Assembly (NCBI GenBank): GCA_950097015.1
Contig: CATNEN010000013.1
Span: 372,001 to 436,000, forward strand
Length of the DNA: 64,000 nt
Direction of reading: 5' to 3'
Origin: Macrostomum hystrix
Taxonomy: Eukaryota > Animalia > Platyhelminthes
Numbering within the stretch: the stretch's first letter is position 1; every line of letters starts with the position of its first letter. The notes under the pieces were generated by a model that was not told the DNA's origin, searched no databases, and worked only from the letters and a program-made list of their open reading frames with translations. Below, in pieces: positions 23,538 through 36,555 of the stretch. A program made the translations under genes and the position numbers.

Positions 23538-25121
23538 TCCAGGAAATGGCGCGGTTTCAGAGCGGAGGGCTCATGCGGATGCTGACAGCGCACCTGGAAT
23601 CCCATGATGGATGGTGGATCGTGATTGATTGCGATTCCACTTGATTAACCTGTGTAGGCCGCAGACAAGCCTCTCCGCTACTTTACCACCTGGCAGGCCG
23701 TGTTTTCCTGCCTAGAACCAGCGGGTCAGCCTCCCACCAACTAAAATCCTTTCCTGTGAGACGACAGCCTTCCGATTGCGCGGATCCCGTCAACGCGGGG
23801 AAAATCCGGCGCCATTTTGATTGGACGGATTCCTGATCAAAAGGACCCGCAGTCAGATAGGTCGGCTATGACTGATTGATCGATCTCACACAGACTCGCT
23901 GCTGCCTCGCTTTAGATATTGCAACTCCTGCCCTGATCCTGCGCGCTTAGTTTAGAAGTACCAGAAGAGGCCGGGGTGTAAACACTAGTGTTTTTCCCCT
24001 TCCGTCTTTAAGAATCCTCCAGACGTTGGGCGACTCATTCCAATGGGATTATCTGTTGCCATAGTTCTTGACCTCTGTAGCACTCTCTGTTGCTGAGAGG
24101 GTCATCGAGAAGATCAAGGTCGAGACGAGGCAGAATTTAACGTGTTTTGAGAATTGAAACACTATCTTTATAGACTAGCGAATTTCTTAACGAGAAATTT
24201 CTACGTGCCTATTATAAGCTATAGGAGAGAGATAATACATTACTGAGCTGTCTTCATGCAGCTAGATCCATGACAAGCCGCTGCCGCGCCCCCACCCCTT
24301 TGTCGCCGGCACTGACTGACTGATCTGACGGACCATGACACTGTGTGCTCCTCTCATTGCTCAGAAGAACTCCGCAAATGCATTAAGGGGTCGGGGTGGG
24401 TGGGTGATTTTTTTTTTGCGCCATCGACCCTGTCTCCCTCGCTAACTTCACAAGACCCGAGGATAGATCATTCACAATGCGATTGCGCATATGTAACATG
24501 CTGCGCGACCAGTTTTGAGCAGTGGTCGAGATCGCTAGCGCTTTTAACAATGGCCGTCACAGAAAGGGGAAGGCAGCGGCAGCGGCGGCAGCAGCAGTGG
24601 CACAGTAGGTAGCTCTTTCTAAACCGCCTCTTGGATTGGGGCAAGCGAGCGAGGCGGTGCTAGTGTCGCGGCTTTAGGAAGGCTGCCCCACTGAGAGAGA
24701 GGACAGGGGGGCCATAAATCATTCAAACAGTCAGCCGCGATGCGTCAGTGCCCTGCCACAGCCAGCCGTGGGCCTTCACTCCCCTCCATTCCCCGGCCTG
24801 CCAAGCTGGAATGCAGAGTGTGGGAGCCGCTGCGATCGAGAGCGCATGACGGGGGGCAGATTTTGGTGCGAGGTTCAATAGGGTCGGTTGCTGCTGTCAC
24901 AATGTCTCCCAATGAGAACTTCCGCCCGGTCAGTTTCTCAACACAGGATATCGCGGCTTAAATATCCGACTGTCGGCGGAGAGAACCGCTCATCACTTTG
25001 AAACAGCTGACAATGAGAAACTGGGGCCAGAGCAGACGACTCGCACTTTTGCAAACAGAATACCTCAGCTGTAGCATTCATGGATTAAAGAGGCCGATAA
25101 GACAGCTGAAAACGAATCACC

Positions 25122-25715
25122 GTGAGAATGCATCAGTGGATGATGAGTCAAGTCTGTGAGAATGCATCAGTGGATGATGAGTCAAGTCTGTGAGAATGCA
25201 TCAGTGGGTGATGAGTCAAGTCTGTGAGAATGCATCAGTGAATGATGAGTCAAGTCTGTGAGCATGCATCAGTGGATGATGAGTCAAGTCTGTGAGCATG
25301 CATCAGTGGATGATGAGTCAAGTCTGTGAGAATGCATCAGTGGATGATGAGTCAAGTCTGTGAGAATGCATCAGTGGATGATGAGTCAAGTCTGTGAGAA
25401 TGCATCAGTGGGTGATAAGTCAAGTCTGTGAGAATGCATCAGTGGATGATGAGTCAAGTCTGTGAGCATGCATCAGTGGATGATGAGTCAAGTCTGTGAG
25501 CATGCATCAGTGGATGATGAGTCAAGTCTGTGAGAATGCATCAGTGGATGATGAGTCAAGTCTGTGAGAATGCATCAGTGGATGATGAGTCAAGTCTGTG
25601 AGAATGCATCAGTGGATGATGAGTCAAGTCTGTGAGAATGCATCAGTGGGTGATGAGTCAAGTCTGTGAGAATGCATCAGTGGATGATGAGTCAAGTCTG
25701 TGAGAATGCATCAGT
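25122..25715. repeat. 34-bp minisatellite (GTGAGAATGCATCAGTGGATGATGAGTCAAGTCT) x~17
   Basis: Directly visible. Confidence 0.95.
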
Positions 25716-27320
25716 TGGCGAGTTTTATAAATGATGTTAAAGCCAGACTGTTTAGTTACGCCTTATGACCTTTCTAACATTATTTAGGATCCTATTACTC
25801 AATAGTCGAGTTACTAAGCTACTCTACGCCGATTGAGGCTAAAGATTTATCCCCCGATGCCAGACCTAGAGCTGTATGCTTCTGAGTTGTGAGTAGGCTG
25901 GCGAACTTATAAGTCCTCTGACTTTTAAGCGCGATAAATATTTAAGCACAGCAAGGCGGGGGAGATAAGCGGGGAGGACAGAATGCCTCGATAATGATAA
26001 CCCGCCAGTGGCCATCGAGACTCCAGACACCAAACTGTCCGGAAACGAGGTCCTTGTGCGCCTCGCTACTGAAGTCTTAGTTCTCTGCTGTGCACCTCTC
26101 AGACCTGTCTGTTAGCCGCATTTTGAAAGGCTTTGTGTAGTTTGTACCACTTTGTATTTACTTTGCTGATCCGTCTAAGACAGCACCAGACGGTGCGTCG
26201 CGTCTGGTGGCGTGTTTCGCAAGACAAACAGCCAGGCCCCTTCACCTACCTGAACATCTGGCCTAAAGCGACCCATTCAGACGGTGGGCCATGCGGTCTA
26301 GGCTGCATCTCTTGGAGGACAAGTGGGTTGTTTCTTCTCCCTTGAACAGGGAGAATTCCTGCCCCCCCCCCGCGCACACTCCAGAGACAGGTTTAGTGAT
26401 CTTCCGGGATAAGAATTTTAGGCATTGCGCTGTAGCTGTCAAAACTGTCAGACGGGATTTGACGCGGGGCCCCATCAAAATTTTGGAGCGGACTGGATGG
26501 CGGTGGGGTAGGGGAGGGGAAGGGTCGCTGCGAAGGAAAATCGCCTGTTTGTTCTTTTTATAAAACTTTTCGATTTTAGAAATTTCATTTGAACGGTAAT
26601 TCTGAATGTCTCCCAAAATAGGGAGCAAACTGGTGGGCCAAGTATTGTGCAATTATGGGTTAATGCGCCAAGCCGTGTGGGTCGGGCATGGACTGGCTTA
26701 GGCCCGGCAATAATTAATCAAAAGCAGCAGCATGGCAGGCACTGAACACAAAAAGTAGTTTTTTTGGCCACCGACGCAACACAGGCGGCCTGAGACCAGA
26801 AGAGCGTGAGTCCGGTCCATGGGCGCAGAGACGGTAGACCGCAGAGGGACCACCATAAGTAATGAATGCACCGCTGCACCGCTGACTCACTGTCAGCCAA
26901 GCGAGTAACAGCACGGCGTTTGCCCCCACCCTCAACCGCCCACAACCTCGGCAGTCGTGACAGCTGCGCCCATTTGTCACTTCAAGACTCTCTCCGACCT
27001 CCTTCAGCTGGATTGCATCGCCAGCAATCGCCAGCACCTAGATATTAATTTGAACCTGTGTGTATACACTAGCATGTAATAGGTTTGTGACATGGCTGAG
27101 GAAATCTGAGAACACCTGGGCTGGGGGACATCGCTTCCGGCGTTGGACCCTGAAAGACAACTCCGCGGCGACTAGCGGATGACTGCCGTTGTTCATGCCG
27201 CATTGCCAACAGTTTGTCCAGGGCTTGAAGCACCGCTCTGTTGCAGGCCTTCAAAACAAATGGAGAGAGGCTCCAAATATTCTCCCCCCCAAGGAGGGGG
27301 TTGGCTCGCGACACCCGGCC

Positions 27321-27446
27321 AGCCAATGAGACGCCGAGCTGGTTTTTTAGACAGGCCGAGTAAAATATGGCCCCCCAGCGAAGCCGGCAAGACTGACAGG
27401 ACTTGCACAGATAGGCAGACACTGACATGGAGGGCAGCCCCATTGG
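27321..27446 (+). promoter_or_regulatory. Putative proximal promoter of frizzled (two CCAAT boxes)
   Basis: AGCCAATGAG at 27321 and CATTGGCT at 27441, 200-320 bp upstream of the ATG; motif match only. Confidence 0.3.
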
Positions 27447-27640
27447 CTAGCGACTAATGCCATTCAGACAGCCAAGGCCCGCATGCGACCGGCCTGTTTG
27501 GGCCTGAGTTTAAAAACACCGCCGGAAGGTTCTGATTCAGCCTCTTTAATTCTTCTTAACTCTCGGCTAGGTTGGTTGGCTGGTGCTTTGTTCAACTAGC
27601 CAATTTTGCATTGCTCAGCAGTTCTGAGCAAGCCAACAAA

Positions 27641-30050
27641 ATGCCTCCGCCGCCGCCGCTGCTGCTGCTGCTGCTGCTGCCACTGCAGGCTGTGATCTCA
27701 GCTAGTCCGGGCTTGCACAAGTGCGAGCACATCAGTGTCGAGCTCTGCCAGGGTATCGGCTACAACCTGACCACCAAGTCCATGAACCTGGCCGGTCACA
27801 ATGACCAGAGGGACGCCGAGATGATGCTGACGACCTTCTCGCCCCTCATCCAGTACCAGTGCTCGCGCAGCCTGAAATTCTTCCTTTGCTCCGTGCTGAC
27901 GCCGATGTGCGACCCGAAATGGCCCAAGCCGATCGGGCCCTGCCGGCCGCTCTGCGAACGGGTTCGCAGCCGCTGCTACCCTGTGCTCAGAGAGTTCGGC
28001 TTCGACTGGCCAGACTTCCTCAACTGCTCAAAATTCCCGGAGAGCAACGACCGCGGCGATCATATGTGCATGGAGGGCAGCCCAGCCAGAGAGGCTGTCG
28101 ATAGCCAGCAGGTGCAGCCGGCGCCGCCGACAGCCAAGGCAGCTCCGGCCAACTTCTGGGCGGCCTTGGACGAATGGCGTCGGACCGTGGCCACCCGGGC
28201 CTACAGGCCGGGCTGCGACCACATGCGCAACAGGCGGCAGTACCTGTACCTCAACCACACCGGCGAGTGCGCGCTTCTCTGCCACGGCGAGGACCTGTTC
28301 ACCACTGACGACCGACGCCTGGCCGAGCTGTGGTCCGGCATCCTGGCTGGAATCTGTGCGCTCAGTTCGTTGGCCACCGTGCTGACTTTCCTGATTGATC
28401 GGCGCAGATTCTGCTACCCGGTGCGGCCAGTGCTGTTCATGTCCGCCAGCTATCTCTGCTACAGCGCCGCCTTCTTCGTCCGCCTCCTGGCTGGCCGCGA
28501 AGCCGCCGCCTGCGACCGGGATCCGGCTAGCGGCCGCCTGGTGCTGATCCGGCACGGCCTCGACAACACGAACTGCGCCGTGGTCTTCCTGCTGCAGTAC
28601 TTCTTCAGCACCGCCGCCAACGCCTGGTACGTAGTCCTGGTGTTCACCTGGCTGCTGCAGGCTGGCTGGAAGTGGAGCCCGGAGGCTGTGGCTCGTCGCT
28701 CCTGCTATTTCCACCTGCCCGCCTGGCTGCTGCCGGTGGCGCTAACAGTTTGCGTTCTTATTGTACGCCGGGTGGAGGCCGACGAACTGCTGGGCATGTG
28801 CGGCGTCGGCGGCCAAACCTCAGGCGACACCCTGCTGCTGTTCGTGGCCCTGCCGCAGGCCGCCTTCCTAGCCCTGGCTGTCGTCTGCTTGGCGGCCGGC
28901 TTCGTCGCAATGTCCCGAGTGCGCCGGCAGGCCCGCTCCGACGGACGCAAGACCGGCCGGTTCGACGTTCTGATGGGCAAGATCGGTCTGTTCTCGGCCC
29001 TGTACGTGGCGCCCACCGCCTGCCTGGCTGGGCTCAATCTGTACGAGCTGACGCAGCGCGACCTGTGGCATGTGCCCGGGAGTCCATATCGGTGAGTAAT
29101 GGCCTCTCCTTCCTCTCCGCACTCCGCTAGCTTTCAAAAGCTCGGCATTTTTTGGGTCGGCAAGCTCGTCTAGCTAACACGCTGGCCAACAAGAAAATCT
29201 AAAATGAGACAGGGGGAAATGAGACTGGGGGAGAAATGAGACAGGGGAGAAATGAGACTGGGGGAGAAATGAGACAGGGGAGAAATGAGACTGGGGGAGA
29301 AATGAGACTGGGGAGAAATGAGACTGGGGGAGAAATGAGACTGGGGAGAAATGAGACTGGGGGAGAAATGAGACTGGGGAGAAATGAGACTGGGGAGAAA
29401 TGAGACAGGATGGAAATGAGATAGGATGGAAATGAGACAGGGGAGAATTGAGACAGGGAGAGATGAGACAGTGAGTTTAAAAATGCCTCCGCTGGGTATG
29501 TTCATTTTTTTAGTCTTTTCAATGCGAATAGTTTTTTACTTAAAAAAAGCGAGAGGAGAGGCAGGTAAATTGGTGAGCAACCCCTTCTCACTCGCGCAGG
29601 CCCAACGCCGCCGTGTTCCTCATCCGGGTGTTCGCCAGTTTGGCCATCGGCCTGACCACAGTCCTGTGGATCGTCGGCGGCAAGACCCTGCGCTCCTGGC
29701 GGAGATTCTTTTCGCCTGGAGGTCGCGGACGCGGCGGCCGACCAGCCGACGATGGCGACACACCGACTGGCTCGCGGCTGCACTGCAAGCAAGCTCCGGC
29801 TGGGACTCACCTGCCTATGCAGTGCCACCACCTGCCGCAGACTCTTCTGCATCATCAGCATCAGCAGCAACAGCAGCAGCAGTTCCTCTTAGCCTCGTCG
29901 CCCCAGCTGCCTCCGCACGCCTCCAACTTGGCCTGGCTGAAGCAGCAGCCTGGCGGCAATGGCGGCGCCGGTTCGACAACGGTTGCCATGGCAACCCCGA
30001 TTACTGCTAGATTTCCTGGAACTCACGGATTAAATTCGGCGTGTCTGTAA
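27641..30050 (+). CDS. fzd4: Frizzled receptor, Frizzled-4-like (exons 27641-29091, 29600-30050; ~633 aa)
   Basis: Signal peptide; 10-Cys CRD resembling Fz4 (LTTFSPLIQYQCS..FFLCSV..PMC..PIGPC..EFGFDWP..LNCSKFP..ND..HMCM); TM segments; KTLRSW (KTxxxW) motif; phase-2 intron joins YR|PN; His/Gln-rich tail. Confidence 0.95.
29205..29470. repeat. 16-17-bp intronic array (GAAATGAGACTGGGGGA)
   Basis: Inside the frizzled intron. Confidence 0.9.
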
Positions 30051-30699
30051 AGAAAGAAGTGAGTTCCCCAATTTTCCATAAAATTTTAACAGGACTTCGC
30101 AGGGTGAGGAAAATGCAAGGAGCGAATGCAGTTGGCACAAATGACCAAGACTTTTGCTGTGGGCACAAAGTTTCTTGCCTGCTTGAGTGGCAGCTCAGAT
30201 TAACGAATCAGTTATCTAAATGCATTATTATAAATTCTTAGTAGATAAACTATTTGAGCAGATTTTTGTTCTCAAATTGCACGTAGAGCCTAGTACGGCT
30301 GAGAATCTATTAGGCATAGTTTGAGTAGTCACCTGCCAATCAATGGTCAGAGATTTCTTTGGCTTCGCTTAGCTGGGGTTGCTGTTCAGAGACTTCTGTG
30401 GCCAAAAATTGGCTGCTCTTATCGGTTCGAGCCAACGTCTCTACAATCTGTTATCGACATGTGCGCCAACATTTTGGCTAGTTATTGACCTGTAAAGCGT
30501 GACCAGCCGATACAGTTTGAGTCTGTCTGCTTCGATTTTGAGAATACTGAGATTTAATTTTGAGGTTTTATGTCAGGACGTGTGTTCTGTCATGTATATG
30601 ATCCCATAACATGTGGCTGCCCATTTGCAGTCGATATTTTAAGTGTAGTCGAAGTACTTGCACTTAATTAACACTTGATAGCAAGCACATCTCAAAGCT

Positions 30700-31546
30700 T
30701 ATAGATCCAGTGGTGTCTTTGTTATGCAAACAATAGCACCATGATGTCAGAGCTTATAGTTCAAGTGGGGTCTTTGTTATGCAAACAATGCACCTTGATG
30801 TCAGAGCTTATAGTTCAAGTGGGGTCTTTGTTATGCAAACAATAGCACCTTGATGTCAGAGCTTATAGTTCAAGTGGGGTCTTTGTTATGCAAACAATGC
30901 ACCTTGATGTCAGAGCTTATAGTTCAAGTGGGGTCTTTGTTATACAAACAATGCACCTTGATGTCAGAGCTTATAGTTCAAGTGGGGTCTTTGTTATGCA
31001 AACAATGCACCTTGATGTCAGAGCTTATAGTTCAAGTGGGGTCTTTGTTATGCAAACAATGCACCTTGATGTCAGAGCTTATAGTTCAAGTGGGGTCTTT
31101 GTTATGCAAACAATAGCACCTTGATGTCAGAGCTTATAGTTCAAGTGGGGTCTTTGTTATGCAAACAATAGCACCTTGATGTCAGAGCTTATAGTTCAAG
31201 TGGGGTCTTTGTTATGCAAACAATGCACCTTGATGTCAGAGCTTATAGTTCAAGTGGGGTCTTTGTTATACAAACAATGCACCTTGATGTCAGAGCTTAT
31301 AGTTCAAGTGGGGTCTTTGTTATGCAAACAATGCACCTTGATGTCAGAGCTTATAGTTCAAGTGGTGTCTTTGTTATGCAAACAATGCACCTTGATGTCA
31401 GAGCTTATAGTTCAAGTGGGGTCTTTGTTATGCAAACAATAGCACCTTGATGTCAGAGCTTATAGTTCAAGTGGGGTCTTTGTTATGCAAACAATAGCAC
31501 CTTGATGTCAGAGCTTATAGTTCAAGTGGGGTCTTTGTTATGCAAA
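30700..31546. repeat. 54/55-bp minisatellite x~15 with a 326-bp higher-order duplication
   Basis: TTGATGTCAGAGCTTATAGTTCAAGTGGGGTCTTTGTTATGCAAACAAT(A)GCACC; variant pattern recurs at +326 bp. Confidence 0.95.
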
Positions 31547-32196
31547 CCGTAGCCAGTTTCATGGTTATGTTTGTTACTAAAATTTTAATGCAAAATTTGA
31601 AACAACTAATTTGCTTTTCAGAATCCGAACAGCTGCAATTTTACCTGAGGTTCTGGAGTTGCCGTGCCGTCAAGGCTAGTTCCGGTTCTGGAGCCCCATT
31701 GGTGAACTGAATTTGCTTTGTGATAATGCAGAGCTGTCTTACATTTTCTCTTTAGTTGTTTATTAAGAAAACACTCGAAGAACTAAAACACTGCATGTTC
31801 AGTTAAACCTGGAATTGATAGAGCTTAAACAATTCTTATTGCGAGTAGTTAAATTCGCGTTACAATACATAAATAAGGCATACCATTTTTAATTAAACTT
31901 CATTTGCTTTTGTAAAAAAATCTAGGTTTTTTTCACTCATGCTCACGAGCTTATTACCTTCTGTTGTAGTTCTTATGAAACGCCTCCCCCGAAAATGAAA
32001 ATTTCTGTCCATTTTTTAATTAAAAAAAGCTTAAATATATTGCCTTGAATTCGGCAAAACATATGCAAACAGATAAACCTAATGACCGGAGACAAGAAAT
32101 TGACTCACAAGCTGATGAAAACTCAGTAGCTTGGACCATAGACGATTGAAAAACTTGTATTTAAAAGGAATGAGGATATTTATTCAAAGGGTTGAC

Positions 32197-34240
32197 TAAA
32201 AAGGACAGGTTGATCCAAAGGACAGGCTGATCCAAAGGACAGGTTGATCCAAAGGACAGGTTGGTCCAAAGGACAGGCTGATCCAAAGGACAGGCTGATC
32301 CAAAGGACAGGTTGATCCAAAGGACAGGTTGATCCAAAGGACAGGCTGATCCAAAGGACAGGTTGATTCAAAGGACAGGCTGATTCAAAGGACAGGTTGA
32401 TTCAAAGGACAGGCTGATCCAAAGGACAGGCTGATCCAAAGGACAGGTTGATCCAAAGGACAGGCTGATCCAAAGGACAGGTTGATCCAAAGGACAGGTT
32501 GATCCAAAGGACAGGCTGATCCAAAGGACAGGTTGATTCAAAGGACAGGCTGATTCAAAGGACAGGTTGATTCAAAGGACAGGCTGATCCAAAGGACAGG
32601 CTGATCCAAAGGACAGGCTGATCCAAAGGACAGGCTGATCCAAAGGGCAGGCTGATCCAAAGGACAGGCTGATCCAAAGGACAGGCTGATCCAAAGGACA
32701 GGTTGATCCAAAGGACAGGCTGATTCAAAGGACAGGCTGATCCAAAGGACAGGCTGATCCAAAGGACAGGCTGATCCAAAGGACAGGTTGATCCAAAGGA
32801 CAGGCTGATCCAAAGGACAGGCTGATCCAAAGGGCAGGCTGATCCAAAGGACAGGCTGATCCAAAGGACAGGCTGATCCAAAGGACAGGTTGATCCAAAG
32901 GACAGGCTGATCCAAAGGACAGGCTGATCCAAAGGACAGGCTGACCCAAAGGACAAGCTGATCCAAAGGACAGGTTGGTCCAAAGGACAGGCTGATCCAA
33001 AGGACAGGTTGATCCAAAGGACAGGTTGATCCAAAGGACAGGCTGATCCAAAGGACAGGTTGATTCAAAGGACAGGCTGATTCAAAGGACAGGTTGATTC
33101 AAAGGACAGGCTGATCCAAAGGACAGGCTGATCCAAAGGACAGGTTGATCCAAAGGACAGGCTGATCCAAAGGACAGGTTGATCCAAAGGACAGGTTGAT
33201 CCAAAGGACAGGCTGATCCAAAGGACAGGTTGATTCAAAGGACAGGCTGATTCAAAGGACAGGTTGATTCAAAGGACAGGCTGATCCAAAGGACAGGCTG
33301 ATCCAAAGGACAGGCTGATCCAAAGGACAGGCTGATCCAAAGGGCAGGCTGATCCAAAGGACAGGCTGATCCAAAGGACAGGCTGATCCAAAGGACAGGT
33401 TGATCCAAAGGACAGGCTGATTCAAAGGACAGGCTGATCCAAAGGACAGGCTGATCCAAAGGACAGGCTGATCCAAAGGACAGGTTGATCCAAAGGACAG
33501 GCTGATCCAAAGGACAGGCTGATCCAAAGGGCAGGCTGATCCAAAGGACAGGCTGATCCAAAGGACAGGCTGATCCAAAGGACAGGTTGATCCAAAGGAC
33601 AGGCTGATCCAAAGGACAGGCTGATCCAAAGGACAGGCTGACCCAAAGGACAAGCTGATCCAAAGGACAGGTTGGTCCAAAGGACAGGCTGATCCAAAGG
33701 ACAGGTTGATCCAAAGGACAGGTTGATCCAAAGGACAGGCTGATCCAAAGGACAGGTTGGTCCAAAGGACAGGTTGGTCCAAAGGACAGGCTGATCCAAA
33801 GGACAGGCTGATCCAAAGGACAGGTTGATCCAAAGGACAGGCTGATCCAAAGGACAGGTTGGTCCAAAGGACAGGCTGATCCAAAGGACAGGCTGATCCA
33901 AAGGACAGGTTGATCCAAAGGACAGGCTGATCCAAAGGACAGGCTGATCCAAAGGACAGGCTGATCCAAAGGACAGGTTGATCCAAAGGACAGGTTGATC
34001 CAAAGGACAGGTTGATCCAAAGGACAGGCTGATCCAAAGGACAGGTTGATCCAAAGGACAGGCTGATCCAAAGGACAGGTTGATCCAAAGGACAGGTTGA
34101 TCCAAAGGACAGGCTGATCCAAAGGACAGGCTGATCCAAAGGACAGGTTGATCCAAAGGACAGGCTGATCCAAAGGACAGGCTGATCCAAAGGACAGGCT
34201 GATCAAAAGGACAGGTTGATCCAAAGGACATTTTGATCCA
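32197..34240. repeat. 17-bp minisatellite (TGATCCAAAGGACAGG[C/T]) x~120 with 697-bp higher-order structure
   Basis: Directly visible; track ORF ends recur at +697 bp (41 units). Confidence 0.97.
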
Positions 34241-34979
34241 AAGCTCCAGTCACGCCGCTTGAAGATAAAGCCAATGCAGATAGTGCTGCCCCAGTTCGCT
34301 AGCTAAAGCATGCAGGTTTAACAACTGCACCAGCTATTGAGTGAGTGGACGGTTGACACATCTGGGGGTCTGGCAGTTAGCTGGGACCCAGGCAAAAGGC
34401 TTATCTATTCCGCATCGCTTCTAAAAGTAGGGTTGGCTTGGGACGGCGGTGGGAAATCGGCGGGGACGCATTGCAAACAATCTCAGACTCCGCCTCATCC
34501 CAATATCAGTTCTTGACTTACTGCCAAGTCAGGGAGCCTAACACAAGAGCATTTGGGTAACCCGCTGTGATGGACAGGACCCCTATGCTTCGCTAGTATT
34601 TGCTGTTGGTTGGTGGGTTGCTGCTGCTGCTGCTGCATGCGACTTGACGTGTGTGTGTGTGCGTATGTGTGTCCGGCTTTCGTATCGGGTCCGGTATGGA
34701 CTGAGTGAGGGTTGTGGTTGAATACACACGCAAACACAGTGTAGACGAGAGGTCTCTACCATCTGCGCCCTGGGTGAGGCCGAGAGCGAGTAAAGACGCC
34801 ACTTGTAAAGCAAGCAAAACGCGGACAAGCTAGCCAACTAGAGTTAGCTATAAGGCCTCTTTAAATGCTTCTTCTGCAGAAGACAGAAGACAGAAGGAAC
34901 TGTATCTAGCTTTGGATCACCAATGCTTCAAACAATTCAATACTCATTTCAGGCTGTAACTGTAGAGTTTGCACAACCG

Positions 34980-36555
34980 AGTTGCCTGAAGTGGGGGTTC
35001 GGCCTGAAGTGACAGTTCAGTCGGGTTGCCTGAAGTGACAGTACAGTCGGGTTGCCTGAAGTGACAGTTCAGTTGGGTTGCCTGAAGTGACAGTTCAGTC
35101 GGGTTGCCTGAAGTGACAGTTCAGTCGGGTTGCCTGAAGTAACAGTTCAGTCGGGTTGCCTGAAGTGACAGTTCAGTCGGGTTGCCTGAAGTGACAGTTC
35201 AGTCGGGTTGCCTGAAGTGACAGTTCAGTCGGGTTGCCTGAAGTGACAGTTCAGTCGGGTTGCCTGAAGTGACAGTTCAGTCGGGTTGCCTGAAGTGACA
35301 GTTCAGTCGGGTTGCCTGAAGTGACAGTTCAGTGCGGTTGCTTGAAGTGGGGGTTCGGCCTGAAGTGACAGTTCAGTTGGGTTGCCTGAAGTGGGGGTTC
35401 GGCCTGAAGTGACAGTTCAGTTGGGTTGCCTGAAGTGGGGGTTCGGCCTGAAGTGACAGTTCAGTCGGGTTGCCTGAAGTGACAGTTCAGTTGGGTTGCT
35501 TGAAGTGACAGTTCAGTTGGTTTGCCTGAAGTGACAGTTCAGTTGGGTTGCTTGAAGTGGGGGTTCGGCCTGAAGTGACAGTTCAGTCGGGTTGCCTGAA
35601 GTGACAATTCAGTCGGGTTGCCTGAAGTGACAGTTCAGTCGGGTTGCCTGAAGTGACAGTTCAGTTGGGTTGCCTAAAGTGACAGTTCAGTTGGGTTGCC
35701 TGAAGTGACAGTTCAGTCGGGTTGCCTGAAGTGACAGTTCAGTCGGGTTGCCTGAAGTGACAGTTCAGTCCGGTTGCTTGAAGTGGGGGTTCGGCCTGAA
35801 GTGACAGTTCAGTTGGGTTGCCTGAAGTGGGGGTTCGGCCTGAAGTGACAGTTCAGTTGGGTTGCCTGAAGTGGGGGTTCGGCCTGAAGTGACAGTTCAG
35901 TCGGGTTGCCTGAAGTGACAGTTCAGTTGGGTTGCTTGAAGTGACAGTTCAGTTGGTTTGCCTGAAGTGACAGTTCAGTTGGGTTGCTTGAAGTGGGGGT
36001 TCGGCCTGAAGTGACAGTTCAGTCGGGTTGCCTGAAGTGACAGTTCAGTCGGGTTGCCTGAAGTGACAGTTCAGTTGGGTTGCCTGAAGTGACAGTTCAG
36101 TCGGGTTGCCTGAAGTGACAGTTCAGTCGGGTTGCCTGAAGTGACAGTTCAGTCGGGTTGCCTGAAGTGACAGTTCAGTCCGGTTGCTTGAAGTGGGGGT
36201 TCGGCCTGAAGTGACAGTTCAGTTGGGTTGCCTGAAGTGGGGGTTCGGCCTGAAGTGACAGTTCAGTTGGGTTGCCTGAAGTGGGGGTTCGGCCTGAAGT
36301 GACAGTTCAGTCGGGTTGCCTGAAGTGACAGTTCAGTTGGGTTGCTTGAAGTGACAGTTCAGTTGGTTTGCCTGAAGTGACAGTTCAGTTGGGTTGCTTG
36401 AAGTGGGGGTTCGGCCTGAAGTGACAGTTCAGTCGGGTTGCCTGAAGTGACAGTTCAGTCGGGTTGCCTGAAGTGACAGTTCAGTCGGGTTGCCTGAAGT
36501 GACAGTTCAGTTGGGTTGCCTGAAGTGACAGTTCAGTTGGGTTGCCTGAAGTGGC
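34980..36555. repeat. 26-bp minisatellite (GCCTGAAGTGACAGTTCAGTCGGGTT) with interspersed 18-bp variant
   Basis: Directly visible; variant blocks recur every ~410-435 bp. Confidence 0.95.

Noticed and set aside
25122-25715. CRISPR-like appearance (34-bp repeat) and hammerhead-like TGATGAG core
   Set aside because: No unique spacers, no cas genes, eukaryotic context; the core is ATGATGAG with no GAAA or stems for a hammerhead.
26133-27457. Several 70-130 aa ORFs upstream of frizzled
   Set aside because: No recognisable motifs or consistent splice model; GC-rich regulatory or UTR sequence is more likely.
27572-27640. N-terminal extension of frizzled in the ORF track
   Set aside because: Starts at a non-ATG codon; the signal peptide begins at ATG 27641.
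28028-29137. Antisense and alternative-frame ORFs over frizzled (and likewise over the kinases, cyclophilins, TRAPPC10 and V-ATPase)
   Set aside because: Shadow ORFs of GC3-rich coding sequence.
32180-34231. Cys/Trp-rich repetitive ORFs (DQPVLWISLSFGSACPL)
   Set aside because: By-product of the 17-bp array read in all three minus-strand frames.
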